Of a stretch of 64,000 bases of DNA, positions 1 through 11,113 are shown piece by piece (positions within the stretch are counted from its first letter, which is position 1; every line of letters begins with the position of its first letter). The position numbers and the translations under genes are program-made. This DNA comes from Fistulifera solaris. Its lineage: Eukaryota. The notes below the pieces were generated by a model. That model was not told the DNA's origin. It saw only the letters and a program-made list of their open reading frames with translations, and ran no database searches. Where the stretch lies: assembly GCA_030295235.1 (NCBI GenBank), contig AP026128.1, positions 744,001 through 808,000 of the forward strand. The letters run 5' to 3'.

Positions 1-857
1 AACACATTGGAAGTGCCCACGAACCGAGAAGATGAAGAAGACAACTCAGCAGACGGTGAGAATTGTCTTCCGAAAAATGTTTCTCAGTATTTGAATCGAT
101 TGAAAAGGACAAGAAAGAGCTGTACAAAAACCCTCCGGTGCTGCCTCCTCCCAAAGTCGTCGTGGAGGAAGACTTTGTGAAGTCACCGTCCCGCGACGCG
201 AAAACAGGTCGATTGACTTTTCCAGCCGGAAAAGACTCTTCTTTGAAAAAAGCTGTTGAAAGACTTTCATCCGAATCAAACTCCGGCCGAAGTACTTCGT
301 GGTGGTAGCTTTGGAGGAACCTACTTTCGGACCATTAAATCTTCGGTCAACAACAAGACATACAACGGAAACGAAGTATTAGCCGATACTATCCCCGTAG
401 ACTGGATCAAAGGATTAGACAAGAAACGAATGCTCACTTCTTCAACTTATAAAGTTGACGTTAATCGATACGGGGTTAAGTGCGGTGGTTCTCTTGGGAT
501 GTGGGAGGTAAGTATTTGCTCAGCACGGTGTTGACATGTGGTTGATGATGTTATCTAACGACTTTCACTCAGAGCTCTGGTTGGATCTCGGACATAGATC
601 CTTATGGGTGGTTCCAATGGTACTGTCGCTTCTATCAAGGTCGAAGGTGTTCGGACGATGCTAGACAAGTATCTCGATGGCTTGGTGTTGCCGGCCCGAA
701 AGGTCGCTTTCGAAGTCAACTTTGTAATAAGATTCTCAGCGCAAATACCTCGGTCGACGATGCAAAAATATCTCCGGTCATCCGCCAGACTCTATTTCAT
801 TGGGGTCTTTCGATAACCAATGATATTTTAGAGGAACACAAGAAGCGCAATAAATAA
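1..857 (+). CDS. Conserved hypothetical protein (GGSFGGTYFR ... DPYGWFQWYCRFY family), 5' end probably outside the window
   Basis: ORF 63..308 shifts into ORF 256..534 near the A-run at ~245-250. A GT-AG intron at 508-572 joins ...GMWE to SSGWISDIDPYGWFQWYCRFYQGRRCSDDARQVSRW...RQTLFHWG. Stop TAA at 855-857. Confidence 0.75.
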
Positions 858-1180
858 GTAAACAGACAACCAATCTTTCAAACTAATTTATATAAATACA
901 TAGACTATGTCTCGAAATACATCTTGTCTATCTTGTGTCCTTTCACATAGCCCATAAAAAAAGTGTAGAGAGCGGGCGTATGGTTGGTTTGTATTAGGGA
1001 AAAAGTTACATGTCACTATCGGCATTTCTTATTTGCTGTTTAGACAAGGTGGTTTTGAGCACGTTTTCTGAAATCGTAGCTTCACTTTTTGAAACCCAAC
1101 GTCGCGATTTCAATGCGTAACAAAATAATGACAACGAATAAAATATTTGAAAGCACGACGAATGCGAAGAAAGACATCAA

Positions 1181-1633
1181 TTGTGCCAACAAGATCTCGC
1201 TGCAATTCTATTATTTCAAAACCTCTTCATTGAAATGATCCATTTATTCCAGGCCATCGGGTTCACGATCTTCTGGCTCATCAATGCAAGACTCGCTTTT
1301 CAACTGGTGCCGGTCAAGCATGTTGTCATGTTTTCGTTCCGACCAGAAGTCACTCGAAGTGAGATCAGAAAGGTCGAACAAGCCCTCTTCAATTTACCAA
1401 AAGAAATACCACAAATCCAAGAATTTGAACTAGGAAGTGACTTGAAGCTGATTGCTGGGCAGATAAATCCAGCAGGAAAGAATCGTGAATTGTGCTGGTC
1501 GGCAACCTTTAGTTGCGCATCGGATTACAAGAAATACGATCGACATCCCTCTCATGTGGCATTTCTGCAGACGATAAAACCTCTTATCTTACCAGGATCA
1601 CGCGCAGCGATTCAGTATAACATCAGGCAGTGA
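1181..1633 (+). CDS. Stress-responsive A/B barrel (Dabb) domain protein, probably with a signal or plastid presequence
   Basis: VKHVVMFSF...LPKEIPQI...Y..HPSHVAF motifs. Hydrophobic N-terminus ending ARLAF; the true start is probably the ATG at 1235. Confidence 0.8.
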   Translation: MCQQDLAAILLFQNLFIEMIHLFQAIGFTIFWLINARLAFQLVPVKHVVMFSFRPEVTRSEIRKVEQALFNLPKEIPQIQEFELGSDLKLIAGQINPAGKNRELCWSATFSCASDYKKYDRHPSHVAFLQTIKPLILPGSRAAIQYNIRQ

Positions 1634-1861
1634 CACATTCGAGACGTAATGATTGCGTGATGTCAATCACTGCTTCTGTGTTATCTTCGTTACATAGTGT
1701 CGTGGTAATAAGTCGTCTAATAGGGAATGTCTCTTTGACGGATCAATTGGATACCGTGCGCCTGTTGTTGCAAGATGAAATTGTGCACGTGTAAACGTGC
1801 CGAGATTATGTTTCTATAAAAAGAAAAAATTGTATAGTTCAATCAATCATTCATAATCTGG

Positions 1862-3604
1862 TTAGATGTAAGAGGACGACTCGTCCCCGTCCCCAGCTGA
1901 TTCTTCCACAGGATCAGGTAGAGATATCTGCTGCCAAGCCTGAATAGTGCCGGGTGAAAACGTATGCCCAAAACGTTGCTCGGCCATGACAAGGAGATTG
2001 TCTAGATTCGATTGGGCTCCGACGTTCATGCGTTCGTACAAAGACGGAGTAATACGATGCCCAGAGGGGAAGTTGTGCGAGTAAGGGCCGCGCTCGAACG
2101 ACGTAGCGACAGACGAAACACTGCAGTTACTGACATTAGCATAGTGGTCAGGTACAAAGACAATATCTTTCTTTGCTCGTTCCTTGAATGACATATCAAC
2201 TCGTCTGCTGCTGTTGTGACAGGATAAACGGCGCATCTCTACTCCCAAGGTTTTTGGCATAAACGAGTGACGTTCAAAGAGTTCGCGGGTGCGGGCCTTT
2301 CTGCTCTTCTCTTCGTCTTTTGCTTTCATCACTGACGCGCCCAAATGGCTTTGCGAATGCGCACGACGCTCACCACCCGGTGGAGATCCATGTGTTTTCA
2401 TAGACTGTAGCATCTGACTGATGCGTAGACGCAACTCTGACTTCTCCTTCTCTAATCGAACTATGCGTTTGACTAAATTCTCGTGAGCTTGCGCCCCTGT
2501 AAACTCAGCTTTCAACGCTTTCAATCGGCTCTTGTCTCTCTGCATCTTGATGCTATCATCACCACTTTCTCCCGAACGCGAATGGGATATACTGGAAACT
2601 GTGGGAGATATTTTAAATTCCGACTGTTCATTCAATCGACTTCCTTTGTCAGCGAAGGGTCTAGGCTTTTGCAGCTCATTCTCATGCGATTGTATAGCTA
2701 GGTTTTCTTTTTCAGCCGGTCGACCACCAAGGGCGCATTGCAATCGCAACATATTTTTGATGAAAGAGGCCTCGAAGTCATGCGAAGACTGCGCATAGAA
2801 CTTTTCTCGTTGTGAAATCCAGAAATACTTGTCCTTTCTCAATAGCTGAGCCAGTTCCTTTTTACAGTCCCCAACTTGATCGCAATTGATTTCATAAGGA
2901 AGTCGACCATATCGATCCGTTTCATCAATCGTCTCGGGCGCAACAAGCAACAGCATCGAGATCGTGTCTAGATTCGCATTGTGACGCAATGCTTCGTGCA
3001 GCGGAAGCCGCAGCTTATGATCCCGATGTGTGCAGCCTCCCGGAAACGCGAGCGCCAGTTGCTTCACCAATCTCTCAAGCTGAATGCGAGAAGGATCATT
3101 GTTATCGTCAAAAGATGACAACGCTGAGCATGCGATATGAATGGGTAGCTGCCGAGATTGGAGCGAGCCATGATTCGTATCGCCGACAACCCAGATGGAC
3201 GCTTCCCGCGGTGTCGTTTTCAGACGACGCAAAGCAGCTTCGTATTTGCGATTCAAAATCAAGCGACCAAGAAAAGTAGGAGTCAAGGTGCTTCGCGTTG
3301 CTTGTGAGTTCTTTCTCTTGACAGTTTTCTGCGTATCGTTTTCGCTTCGACGAGGTGTATTCAGGAGAGACTTTGTCGACATTCTGTCGTCATACTTGTC
3401 CCACACCTCAAGTCGTCTCCATGAGTCTTTGTAAAAGGAACGGGGAATGAGGCAGCTCATGTTACTTCTTGAATGCTGTTGTAAGGAAAGGCTAGCAATG
3501 GGGTGTGAGGTCGCTGCGTTGTGTGTTTGATTCGTAGAGATGCAGATCTTTTTCTTCGCATCCATTGTCGTGATCTTTCGCATCTCATCTGGGAATGTCA
3601 ACAA
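1862..3604 (-). CDS. Hypothetical protein with degenerate ankyrin-like repeats and a coiled coil
   Basis: 580-aa ORF with LPIHIAC, LPLHEALR and DRYGRLP ankyrin-like motifs. Start codon uncertain. Confidence 0.65.
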   Translation of the reverse strand: MLTFPDEMRKITTMDAKKKICISTNQTHNAATSHPIASLSLQQHSRSNMSCLIPRSFYKDSWRRLEVWDKYDDRMSTKSLLNTPRRSENDTQKTVKRKNSQATRSTLTPTFLGRLILNRKYEAALRRLKTTPREASIWVVGDTNHGSLQSRQLPIHIACSALSSFDDNNDPSRIQLERLVKQLALAFPGGCTHRDHKLRLPLHEALRHNANLDTISMLLLVAPETIDETDRYGRLPYEINCDQVGDCKKELAQLLRKDKYFWISQREKFYAQSSHDFEASFIKNMLRLQCALGGRPAEKENLAIQSHENELQKPRPFADKGSRLNEQSEFKISPTVSSISHSRSGESGDDSIKMQRDKSRLKALKAEFTGAQAHENLVKRIVRLEKEKSELRLRISQMLQSMKTHGSPPGGERRAHSQSHLGASVMKAKDEEKSRKARTRELFERHSFMPKTLGVEMRRLSCHNSSRRVDMSFKERAKKDIVFVPDHYANVSNCSVSSVATSFERGPYSHNFPSGHRITPSLYERMNVGAQSNLDNLLVMAEQRFGHTFSPGTIQAWQQISLPDPVEESAGDGDESSSYI

Positions 3605-3669
3605 ACCGACGAAAAGGCGCCAAAATGTTTCCCGTGTAGCGAGTCACGAGTCATCGTGCTCATCTTTAC

Positions 3670-3960
3670 GTTCCTACCTGGTACGGCGCCTACGTAAAAT
3701 ACGCGTAGACATTCGAAGCTTTGTATTATTTTACTGTTTCATTTTCCACAGTCCAATCAAGGTAGATTATCGCTTTATTACACGCATGAGCGATGCTGGG
3801 CAAAGTATTGTTGACATTGTACATTGTGTTCTCGGCAAGACACGAAAAATGGTGTGATCGAATTTACACTATTTCCGGGTTCCCCCTCTGTCGATAAATT
3901 TCCCTACGAGAGCTACGTGAAAATACGTAGACATTCGAACGCTGCTCTGTTTCATGCTTT
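3670..3960. repeat. Degenerate tandem copies of a dispersed ~215-230 bp repeat, also present at 32075-32820
   Basis: ctacgt..aaata..cgtagacattcgaa occurs at ~3690 and ~3915. tccgggttccccctctgtcgataaatttccctac (3874) resembles tccgggttcccctacagagataaatttcctac (32534). Confidence 0.6.
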
Positions 3961-4469
3961 GACGTTTTGCCATGAAGATGAAGTCGTCGATTGCCATAAA
4001 CTAGAGAATCCTCCGCACTGGGAAACCGGCGCAGGTTTGTCGCTTTACTACTAACTGTGGTACAGTGATTCAGAAATCGGAGTTTCTGAAAGAAAGAAAA
4101 AACAATATTTGTGCCAAAAGAGAAAAACCAGTGGAAAATTCAGTCAAATGTCGAAAAAGCATCCGCATTTCAGGAAAATTAGGAATAAATATTTAGGATT
4201 TTAAAAAAAAAAACATAAAGGCACCAGAGAGAATACGTCATTACGCCTGTAAAAACGTTACCGCCATACTTGTACACAGGCGTCATAGCGATAGCGACAT
4301 TGCTAAGCGGGGGATGGACGGACGGATATGTCGTCTTTCCGTCAACGGGACAAAATTAAACGATTGGAAACAAAACTCACAGCAACGCGTCGTGTCGTCG
4401 TTGTGATAAAAGCTGACTTTTTATATAAAAAAGTCGCGCTCCACAATTATCCAGAAACATTTAGATACA

Positions 4470-5287
4470 ATGAATCAGCTTTCCGTCAAATTCGCGCGAG
4501 CGCTGACATTCGGCCAGCATTCACGCCGGACGCTGAGCAGTGCCGCACCTGAACCGGTAGCGTTTCTCCGCCTCAATACTCTTCAGGACAACCCCGGTGC
4601 GGTTCACAAGAAGCGTCGAGTTGGTCGTGGTATTGGTTCTTCCAAAGGAAAAACATCCGGCCGAGGTCATAAGGGTCAGAAAGCGCGTTCTGGTGGTAAT
4701 ATTCACCCAAGTTTTGAGGGCGGTCAAACAAAATTTTACAAACTCGTTCCCAAGCGCGGATTCAACAATAAAGAGCACGAAGCAACTATGGTGCCATTGA
4801 ATGTCGGAACATTACAAATGTACATTGACATGGGACGTATTGACCCGAATAAGGAGGAAATTACTCTCTATGACTTGCAAAAGCTGGACTCTTCAAGGCG
4901 AACGCAGTTAAGCATGGCGTGAAGTTACTTGGAGATGAAAAATCATGCCCCTTGCAGCACCCGATCCATTTGAAGGTAAGTCGTGCCTCTAAATCAGCCA
5001 TTGATGCAGTCGAAAAGGCGGGTGGAACTGTCACCACCGTTCATTACAACCGACTGGCGCTGCGAGCCGTCATGCGCCCGGAAAAGTTTGATCAAGTACC
5101 GCGCTTTGCTCGACCACCACCGAAGTACCAGCCTTACTACACGAGCTGGGGTAATCGAGGCTACTTGAACCCGCAAGTGCAAATCCGAAATTGGTTGCGA
5201 AAGAATCCTGCGCTGGAAGAAAAGTTTGATTCGCTCGTGAAAAAATTCCAGAAAAAAGCAGGAAGAGTCTTAGTTTTAAGCAAATAA
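4470..5287 (+). CDS. MRPL15: Mitochondrial ribosomal protein uL15m (one apparent frameshift near 4880)
   Basis: [24 protein letters not shown] and FEGGQT motifs, then VKLLG...[14 protein letters not shown]...[11 protein letters not shown] in a second frame. Confidence 0.92.
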
Positions 5288-7177
5288 AGACGAGAAGGCA
5301 AGTCAATCATTGTTAAGCAATCACGTAAAATATAGTGCGAGTGCACGGTGTCATAGATTTGGTGATGTTCTTAGGGCTGATCGAGAGAAAGGCCACGTGA
5401 AATATAGCCTACATGAGAACTATCGTGTTCGGTCAGTCTCGGAAACGACCAAAAATTAAACAAGGAGGCTCCAAGCCTCTAGACGCACCATTCTCAGCCA
5501 ACTAACGTTGCTAACGTTGACTGGTAATTAGTTGATTGTGTTAATGCATTGTTGATTATGTTGCCGAAGTTGGTTTAACGACGGATTACTCTAATAGCGT
5601 CCATAAAGGTTTATGAATTATGAACACCTAGCTGCTTTCGGCGTGAAGATGCAATGATTTTGCGAATAATCGGAAGCGCGCGAGCAAATGCATTAATATC
5701 ATAAAATAAGCGAGAACTTTTTTGTGATTTTCGTTGAATTTGAATCACAGCCGCCAAAAGGCTTAGGGTCGACAGAAGATGTTTTAACTGAGAGCAACCA
5801 CACACAAATCGTGCCTCCCTTGTCCCCGAACTAGTTGGATATGCAAATAAGAACAACCTATGTCTCTTGTTGTCATTGCAGTAGGACGCGCCACAACGCT
5901 ACACCAGAGTGACAATCGGCTTGCCAACCGCACGATGAAATTGCAACCCGTGATACCGCGCATTCCCATATTCTCATTCAACACAATGCGCCCCTTTGTC
6001 TCTCTCGAGCATCCACTTTGCAACGGAAGGACAACGACGACATAATTCGTCAACTCCAGCAAGGCCGTTTCCCATTCTAGTCTCGACAAAGGAGCCCGCC
6101 GGCACCAATCCACGCTGTCGCTTCATCTTTGTCTCTTTCGGACGTCTCTTAAAAGAGCAAATCCCTTTCGGCTTGCAATGATAGTATCAGTGCAAAAATT
6201 AGACGTGGACTTAACAAGGCTGACAGTACAGATACATCATCCAGGACGATCGATCCATGCATGATCCTTAGCTGTGGGCTGTTGTTGTTTGACACCCATT
6301 CTTTTGATTTGTCGAAAGAGCTGTATGGTGAATGTCTCCTCGTCGAATGATTGATCGAGTGAATTGGCTATTTCCGCTTTTTCCGCTGGATTGTATTGAA
6401 AGGTGTTGATGAATTTATGTCCCATAGGATGAGGACAAAGACACGATTAACAAATGAACCTTCCTTGTTGTTCGACCGAATCAAGTCTGTCACAACAATG
6501 GTGGGTACCCGGTACCGCTGAAGGCAAAAAACATCCCATTTAGCAAGCCAGCGAATAATTGATCCATCCGTGGATCGTCTGCTGCTATTGGAAAATAGTG
6601 TGCCGCGACCGAAACGTACAAAAAAGTAAAAGCTTCCCACCACGGAACGCAAATGATTGACCGTGGGTTTACCAATACCGAACTAAAAGCCTTTCGAGAC
6701 GCCTTTCCTATGGTTGACCTTGATGGTGGAGGTACGTTTGTCTATGCTGATAGAACAAGAAAAGCCACCGTAGCACTCGCACCCATAGTCAAGAAATGAG
6801 AGGGATCCGGGAGGATTTTTGATGTGAGCTACCGCGCAGCACGATGCAATGTAGCTCATTATGATTTTTGACAGCTAAATAAGTAATTTTGTGCCGAGCG
6901 GCAAAGTTTGACCATGGCGCAAGCGACGAGCGACGAGGAAGAGGGCGAAACAGACCCGCTGTCGTTTTGGCTTATGTTCCTTGCATAATGAGAAAATATC
7001 CATTAATGGAGAACACCGCGGTCTACTCTGGACTTCGCTCCAGACTCCAGACTCCGCGGACCTCCTCCAACTCCGTTCCGTCCGCTCCGGACTCCTCCTA
7101 AAGTAAAAAGTACTCAGTAAAAAGTAATGGGAAGGAGCAAATCTTTGCCGCCGCTCGATAGGTTTGTACAGTAACGT

Positions 7178-7375
7178 CCGCAGAAAATCTGCGGGTGTGG
7201 TGTTTGCAAGTATCCAGAAAATCTGGGGATGTGCAACGCTTGTGATGTTTTCACGTTCGAAGAAAATCTGCTCCTTTGCTATTTGCAAATATCCAGAAAA
7301 TCTGGGGATGCGGTATTTTCGAAAATCTGGACATGTGATGTTTTCAAGAATGCAGAAAATCTGTGGATGTGGTTT
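7178..7375. repeat. Short degenerate minisatellite with a (c)cagaaaatctg(g) core, related to the array at 48165-49365
   Basis: About six copies of gaaaatctg followed by gtgtggtgttt or gatgttttca-type spacers. Confidence 0.75.
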
Positions 7376-7677
7376 ACGAGTGAGTCGTCGTCTCGTCCGA
7401 CGACAAATAATTTTTCCGCGTCATTTGTTGCAGTTCAACCTTTACCTTCTTACAATCATTTATTGATTTTAAAAGGAAACCAAGTCTTTTTAAATCGGAA
7501 TCCGTTGATTGTTTAATAGGATCTGGAGTCTTCCAAAGATTTGACGAGTGCTTCGTGCGCCTATCATTTCTTGATATTGGCACTGTTTTTCGGTTCTTCT
7601 TTTGCTTCGACCTATCGATCGCTTAAAACCTCATCAATCAATCGGAAGATTTTTCTGATTTACTCTTTCTGGGAACA

Positions 7678-9120
7678 ATGCGACTTTTGTCATTTCGTAG
7701 AATGCGGTCTCAGCTGCTGAGGCGAGCGGATGTTGCTCGTCCTCTCGGCTATCATCTTTTGTTCCGACAATTGTCCGGAACAAAGAAAACTTCGGACCAG
7801 CCAAATGTTACAAATCCAGACGATGAGATCCTTCGTAATCTCCAAGGTATTTCGCTACAGCCACCGGCTGGCGCCTTGTGGCGTCATGACGATTTTAAGG
7901 TCAACGCGGTCAACGCAGTCGACACTCTGTCGGAATATCATCAGCACGTTACCGAGAAAGAATTCATTCCTCAAGTGCCGTTGCATAAAAATGATGGTCG
8001 ATCCCGAAAACGAGTTCTAATGCTGTGCACTGGGGGTACTCTCACTATGGATCAAGACGAAGATGGAGCATTGGCACCAGTGGAGGGTGCGTTGTCAAAG
8101 TATATGAAGGAAATGCATGAGTTGCAGGCTCCTCAAATGCCTGAAGTCGTCTTACATGAGTATTCTCCCTTTCTTGATTCATCTGATTTGGGGCCAGCGG
8201 ACTGGGCACGGATAGCGCAAGACATTCGCGTGAACTACCTACATTTTGATGGCTTCGTGATTATCATGGGGACGGATACCATGGCATACGCCGCTACTGC
8301 TTTATCTTTCATGTTAGAGAATCTCGGCAAACCCGTTGTTTTTACAGGAAGTCAAATTCCTCTCTGCGAGCCATACAATGACGCTAGACGCAACTTGATC
8401 ATGGCACTCATCTTTGCTAGTCGCGACACAATCAATGAAGTAACAATTTTCTTTCACGATCGGTTGTTGCGAGCGAATCGAGCCACCAAAGTTAATACGC
8501 ATCGACTCATGGCATTTGATTCACCAAATATAGACCCTTTGGCCACCATTGGAATATCCATTGACGAGAATGAGCATTTAGTTTTACCGCCAGCCAAAGG
8601 AGCGTTGCGACTGCACACAAGGATGGACACCCGCATCCTGACGGTTCGCTTGGTGCCTGGATTCGATGGCGCCATGCTCCGACAGCTGATAGAAGGCAGC
8701 AAAGAAGAGAGGAAGCTACGTGCTTTGATCCTACAGCTTTACGGAACCGGTAACATACCAAGTGTCAAACAATCACTGATTCAGTTGCTCGCGGATGCAT
8801 CAGATCAAGGGATACTCGTCATGGCTTCGACACAATGCTACACGGGCTCTGTCCTTCTAGGACACTATGCCGTCGGCAAAGCACTAGAATCAGCTGGGGT
8901 AGTGAGCGCAAGTGACATGACGTTGGAGGCCATTGCGTGTAAGATTGCGTACTTGTTCGGTCGTGGTGACCTGAATCACAAAGAAGTTGCTTCTTTGATG
9001 GGTGTTTCACTTCGAGGTGAGATGACACCTGCTGAAGCCTTGAGTCTCCCACCACTATCGTCGGCCTATCAGAGAGGAATGAAGAAAGGCAAAAGTATTA
9101 CTGAATACCAATTTTTATAA
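7678..9120 (+). CDS. L-asparaginase, type I, with an N-terminal mitochondrial-like presequence
   Basis: TGGTL, DSSD, GTDTMAY and KPVVFTGSQ motifs. Confidence 0.93.
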   Translation: MRLLSFRRMRSQLLRRADVARPLGYHLLFRQLSGTKKTSDQPNVTNPDDEILRNLQGISLQPPAGALWRHDDFKVNAVNAVDTLSEYHQHVTEKEFIPQVPLHKNDGRSRKRVLMLCTGGTLTMDQDEDGALAPVEGALSKYMKEMHELQAPQMPEVVLHEYSPFLDSSDLGPADWARIAQDIRVNYLHFDGFVIIMGTDTMAYAATALSFMLENLGKPVVFTGSQIPLCEPYNDARRNLIMALIFASRDTINEVTIFFHDRLLRANRATKVNTHRLMAFDSPNIDPLATIGISIDENEHLVLPPAKGALRLHTRMDTRILTVRLVPGFDGAMLRQLIEGSKEERKLRALILQLYGTGNIPSVKQSLIQLLADASDQGILVMASTQCYTGSVLLGHYAVGKALESAGVVSASDMTLEAIACKIAYLFGRGDLNHKEVASLMGVSLRGEMTPAEALSLPPLSSAYQRGMKKGKSITEYQFL

Positions 9121-9201
9121 AATTTTGATTTTAATGAACAGAAAATTATTTTTTAATGCCATATTCGAAACGCAGATAAATCATGATTCAACCGAAGCAT
9201 T

Positions 9202-10488
9202 TTACAGGCCGCGTCGTCCTTCGGAAAAAAGCGTTTGACATTCTTGCTCCCATGCTAAACATCCGAGCGGATCCTCGAAGAAACAATTGGCCTCACCATT
9301 CACCCAGCAACATTTGGCAGGCTCACAGAGGTCAGTGCAGCTTTTAAACGAAGCGTGTTGCTGCATTTGTTCTTTCGAATAGAGCTCGGACAAAGCGTTG
9401 TGTTCTCCGCATGCCGAAACGACTTCTTCGGTCACTTTGGGTAGCTGATTGTATTGTGGCGCCAACTGAATGTTCGTCGTCGTAACGTTGGTGCACGCAG
9501 CATACGTTAGGCACGAGATAAAATCCAGCTGCAAGCAAGTGGACGCTGGATTTCCGCAGCACTCCGCTTTTCGACATGCCTGCGTACAACTCGGTTGTTG
9601 CCACAGGCACTGCACGTCGAGATCGTCGGGTGCTGTTTCTAAAATGTTGGGACGCTCGGGTCGCAGGTTCTGGCACGGAGCATAATCCAAACAAATGTCG
9701 AAACTTTCTGCCATGCAGTTGTCGGGCCCTTTCGAGTAGCAGCACGCCACATCCTCACAGAGCGACTCGCACGACACCGGATCCTTGTCTAGATTTTCGA
9801 AACTGCAGAGGACGGACAAGGTGGCCGGTGCCGGTTCAATGGAGACCGTTCGTTCGTTACCATTCTCTGTTTTTTGATGCAATTCGTATTCCCCAACAGC
9901 TTGGCATCTCGAATACGACACACAACCCCTCAGTTCCTTGTCGAGTGAACAGTTGGTCAAATCGATGGTTCGGTTCGCTCCCCAGCCGCCATTGTCCACG
10001 TTCTCCGTAATATTGCGTGTAATATTCTTCATGTCGTCATACTCGCCAAAGGGATCACAGCACTCGAAGAATTGAGGCAGGCAGTATTGTTGACAGCGCT
10101 GGCCGTCATCTTCGTTGTACGTGCCACGGGCGCACGCGGCGTTGATCGTAGCCTTTTCCTCATTGAAGGTGGCGTTTTCGTCAATCACGGGAGCCGCCGG
10201 GGCATTGTCACTGGTCTCCGAGAAGAAATAATGCTGCATGAGCATCGATAATGCAATCATGAAGCCGAGCATCAACACGAATGTCATAAAAATGCAGCAC
10301 CATTTTTTCATTTTGGAGTCTTCGTGCATATTGGCCGTCGAGTATTTGAATTGACGACGAGGTTGCTCTTCGGGGAGCGGATTCTCGTAGTTATTATTTA
10401 GAGGTTCATCATGGAACTGATCGTCATCGACGTAATGCACGTTGTCGTCATCATCGTCCGCAGTGGGTCTGTCTCCTCGTCGCGGCAT
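9202..10488 (-). CDS. Single-pass (type II-like) membrane protein with repeated Cys-rich modules
   Basis: One hydrophobic helix (CIFMTFVLMLGFMIALSMLM) followed by about four C-x3-C-x4-CC-x6/7-C-x6/7-CL modules. Likely start is MPRRGDR at 10488. Confidence 0.75.
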   Translation of the reverse strand: MPRRGDRPTADDDDDNVHYVDDDQFHDEPLNNNYENPLPEEQPRRQFKYSTANMHEDSKMKKWCCIFMTFVLMLGFMIALSMLMQHYFFSETSDNAPAAPVIDENATFNEEKATINAACARGTYNEDDGQRCQQYCLPQFFECCDPFGEYDDMKNITRNITENVDNGGWGANRTIDLTNCSLDKELRGCVSYSRCQAVGEYELHQKTENGNERTVSIEPAPATLSVLCSFENLDKDPVSCESLCEDVACCYSKGPDNCMAESFDICLDYAPCQNLRPERPNILETAPDDLDVQCLWQQPSCTQACRKAECCGNPASTCLQLDFISCLTYAACTNVTTTNIQLAPQYNQLPKVTEEVVSACGEHNALSELYSKEQMQQHASFKSCTDLCEPAKCCWVNGEANCFFEDPLGCLAWEQECQTLFSEGRRGL

Positions 10489-11113
10489 CGTGTAGATTGT
10501 GGCTTCTAGAACAGATCGAACACAACGAAATGTGAGTTGAATGACGTGATTAATGAGCACTCTATGGCCGTTAACAGGGCACTCTGGTGCACTTACATTA
10601 TTTCCAGGTTGATTCAAGAGAATGTGAAGATGCTTTCAACAAGGTGTTAATTGCAAGAACGGAAGCGAAAGGGATAAAAGCGTCGAGACGGAATGAAAAA
10701 TTGGTTCTTTGATGTGGTGTGAAAAGTGGGATGGTACACATAATCGCATAGTCGAGGAGCTTATGCCCACGGTCATTATGACCCTTGTGTCGGTCATCTG
10801 GTCACAAAAACTGAGACTTGAAGGTCCTGATGAACCGATAGCCGGTAGTCATCACTCGTGATTGAATTTAGTCTTGGTGAAAACGGAACACTTTGAACTA
10901 TACTTGTAGTAACCTTAGGAATGAACCGGTACCTATGGTCCCATGATTGAATGCACAAACAAAAATGCAGTTGCTTTGCGAGGATTTTTGCAAGCATTTT
11001 GTCGAAGTTGTTTGAAGTGTAAAAACAAAACATGAACGTTCGACTACCTAAAATGAGTGTAAGCCATGAACTTACACATTTGCTTTATCGTCACTTCGTT
11101 CTTTGGATTTAAC

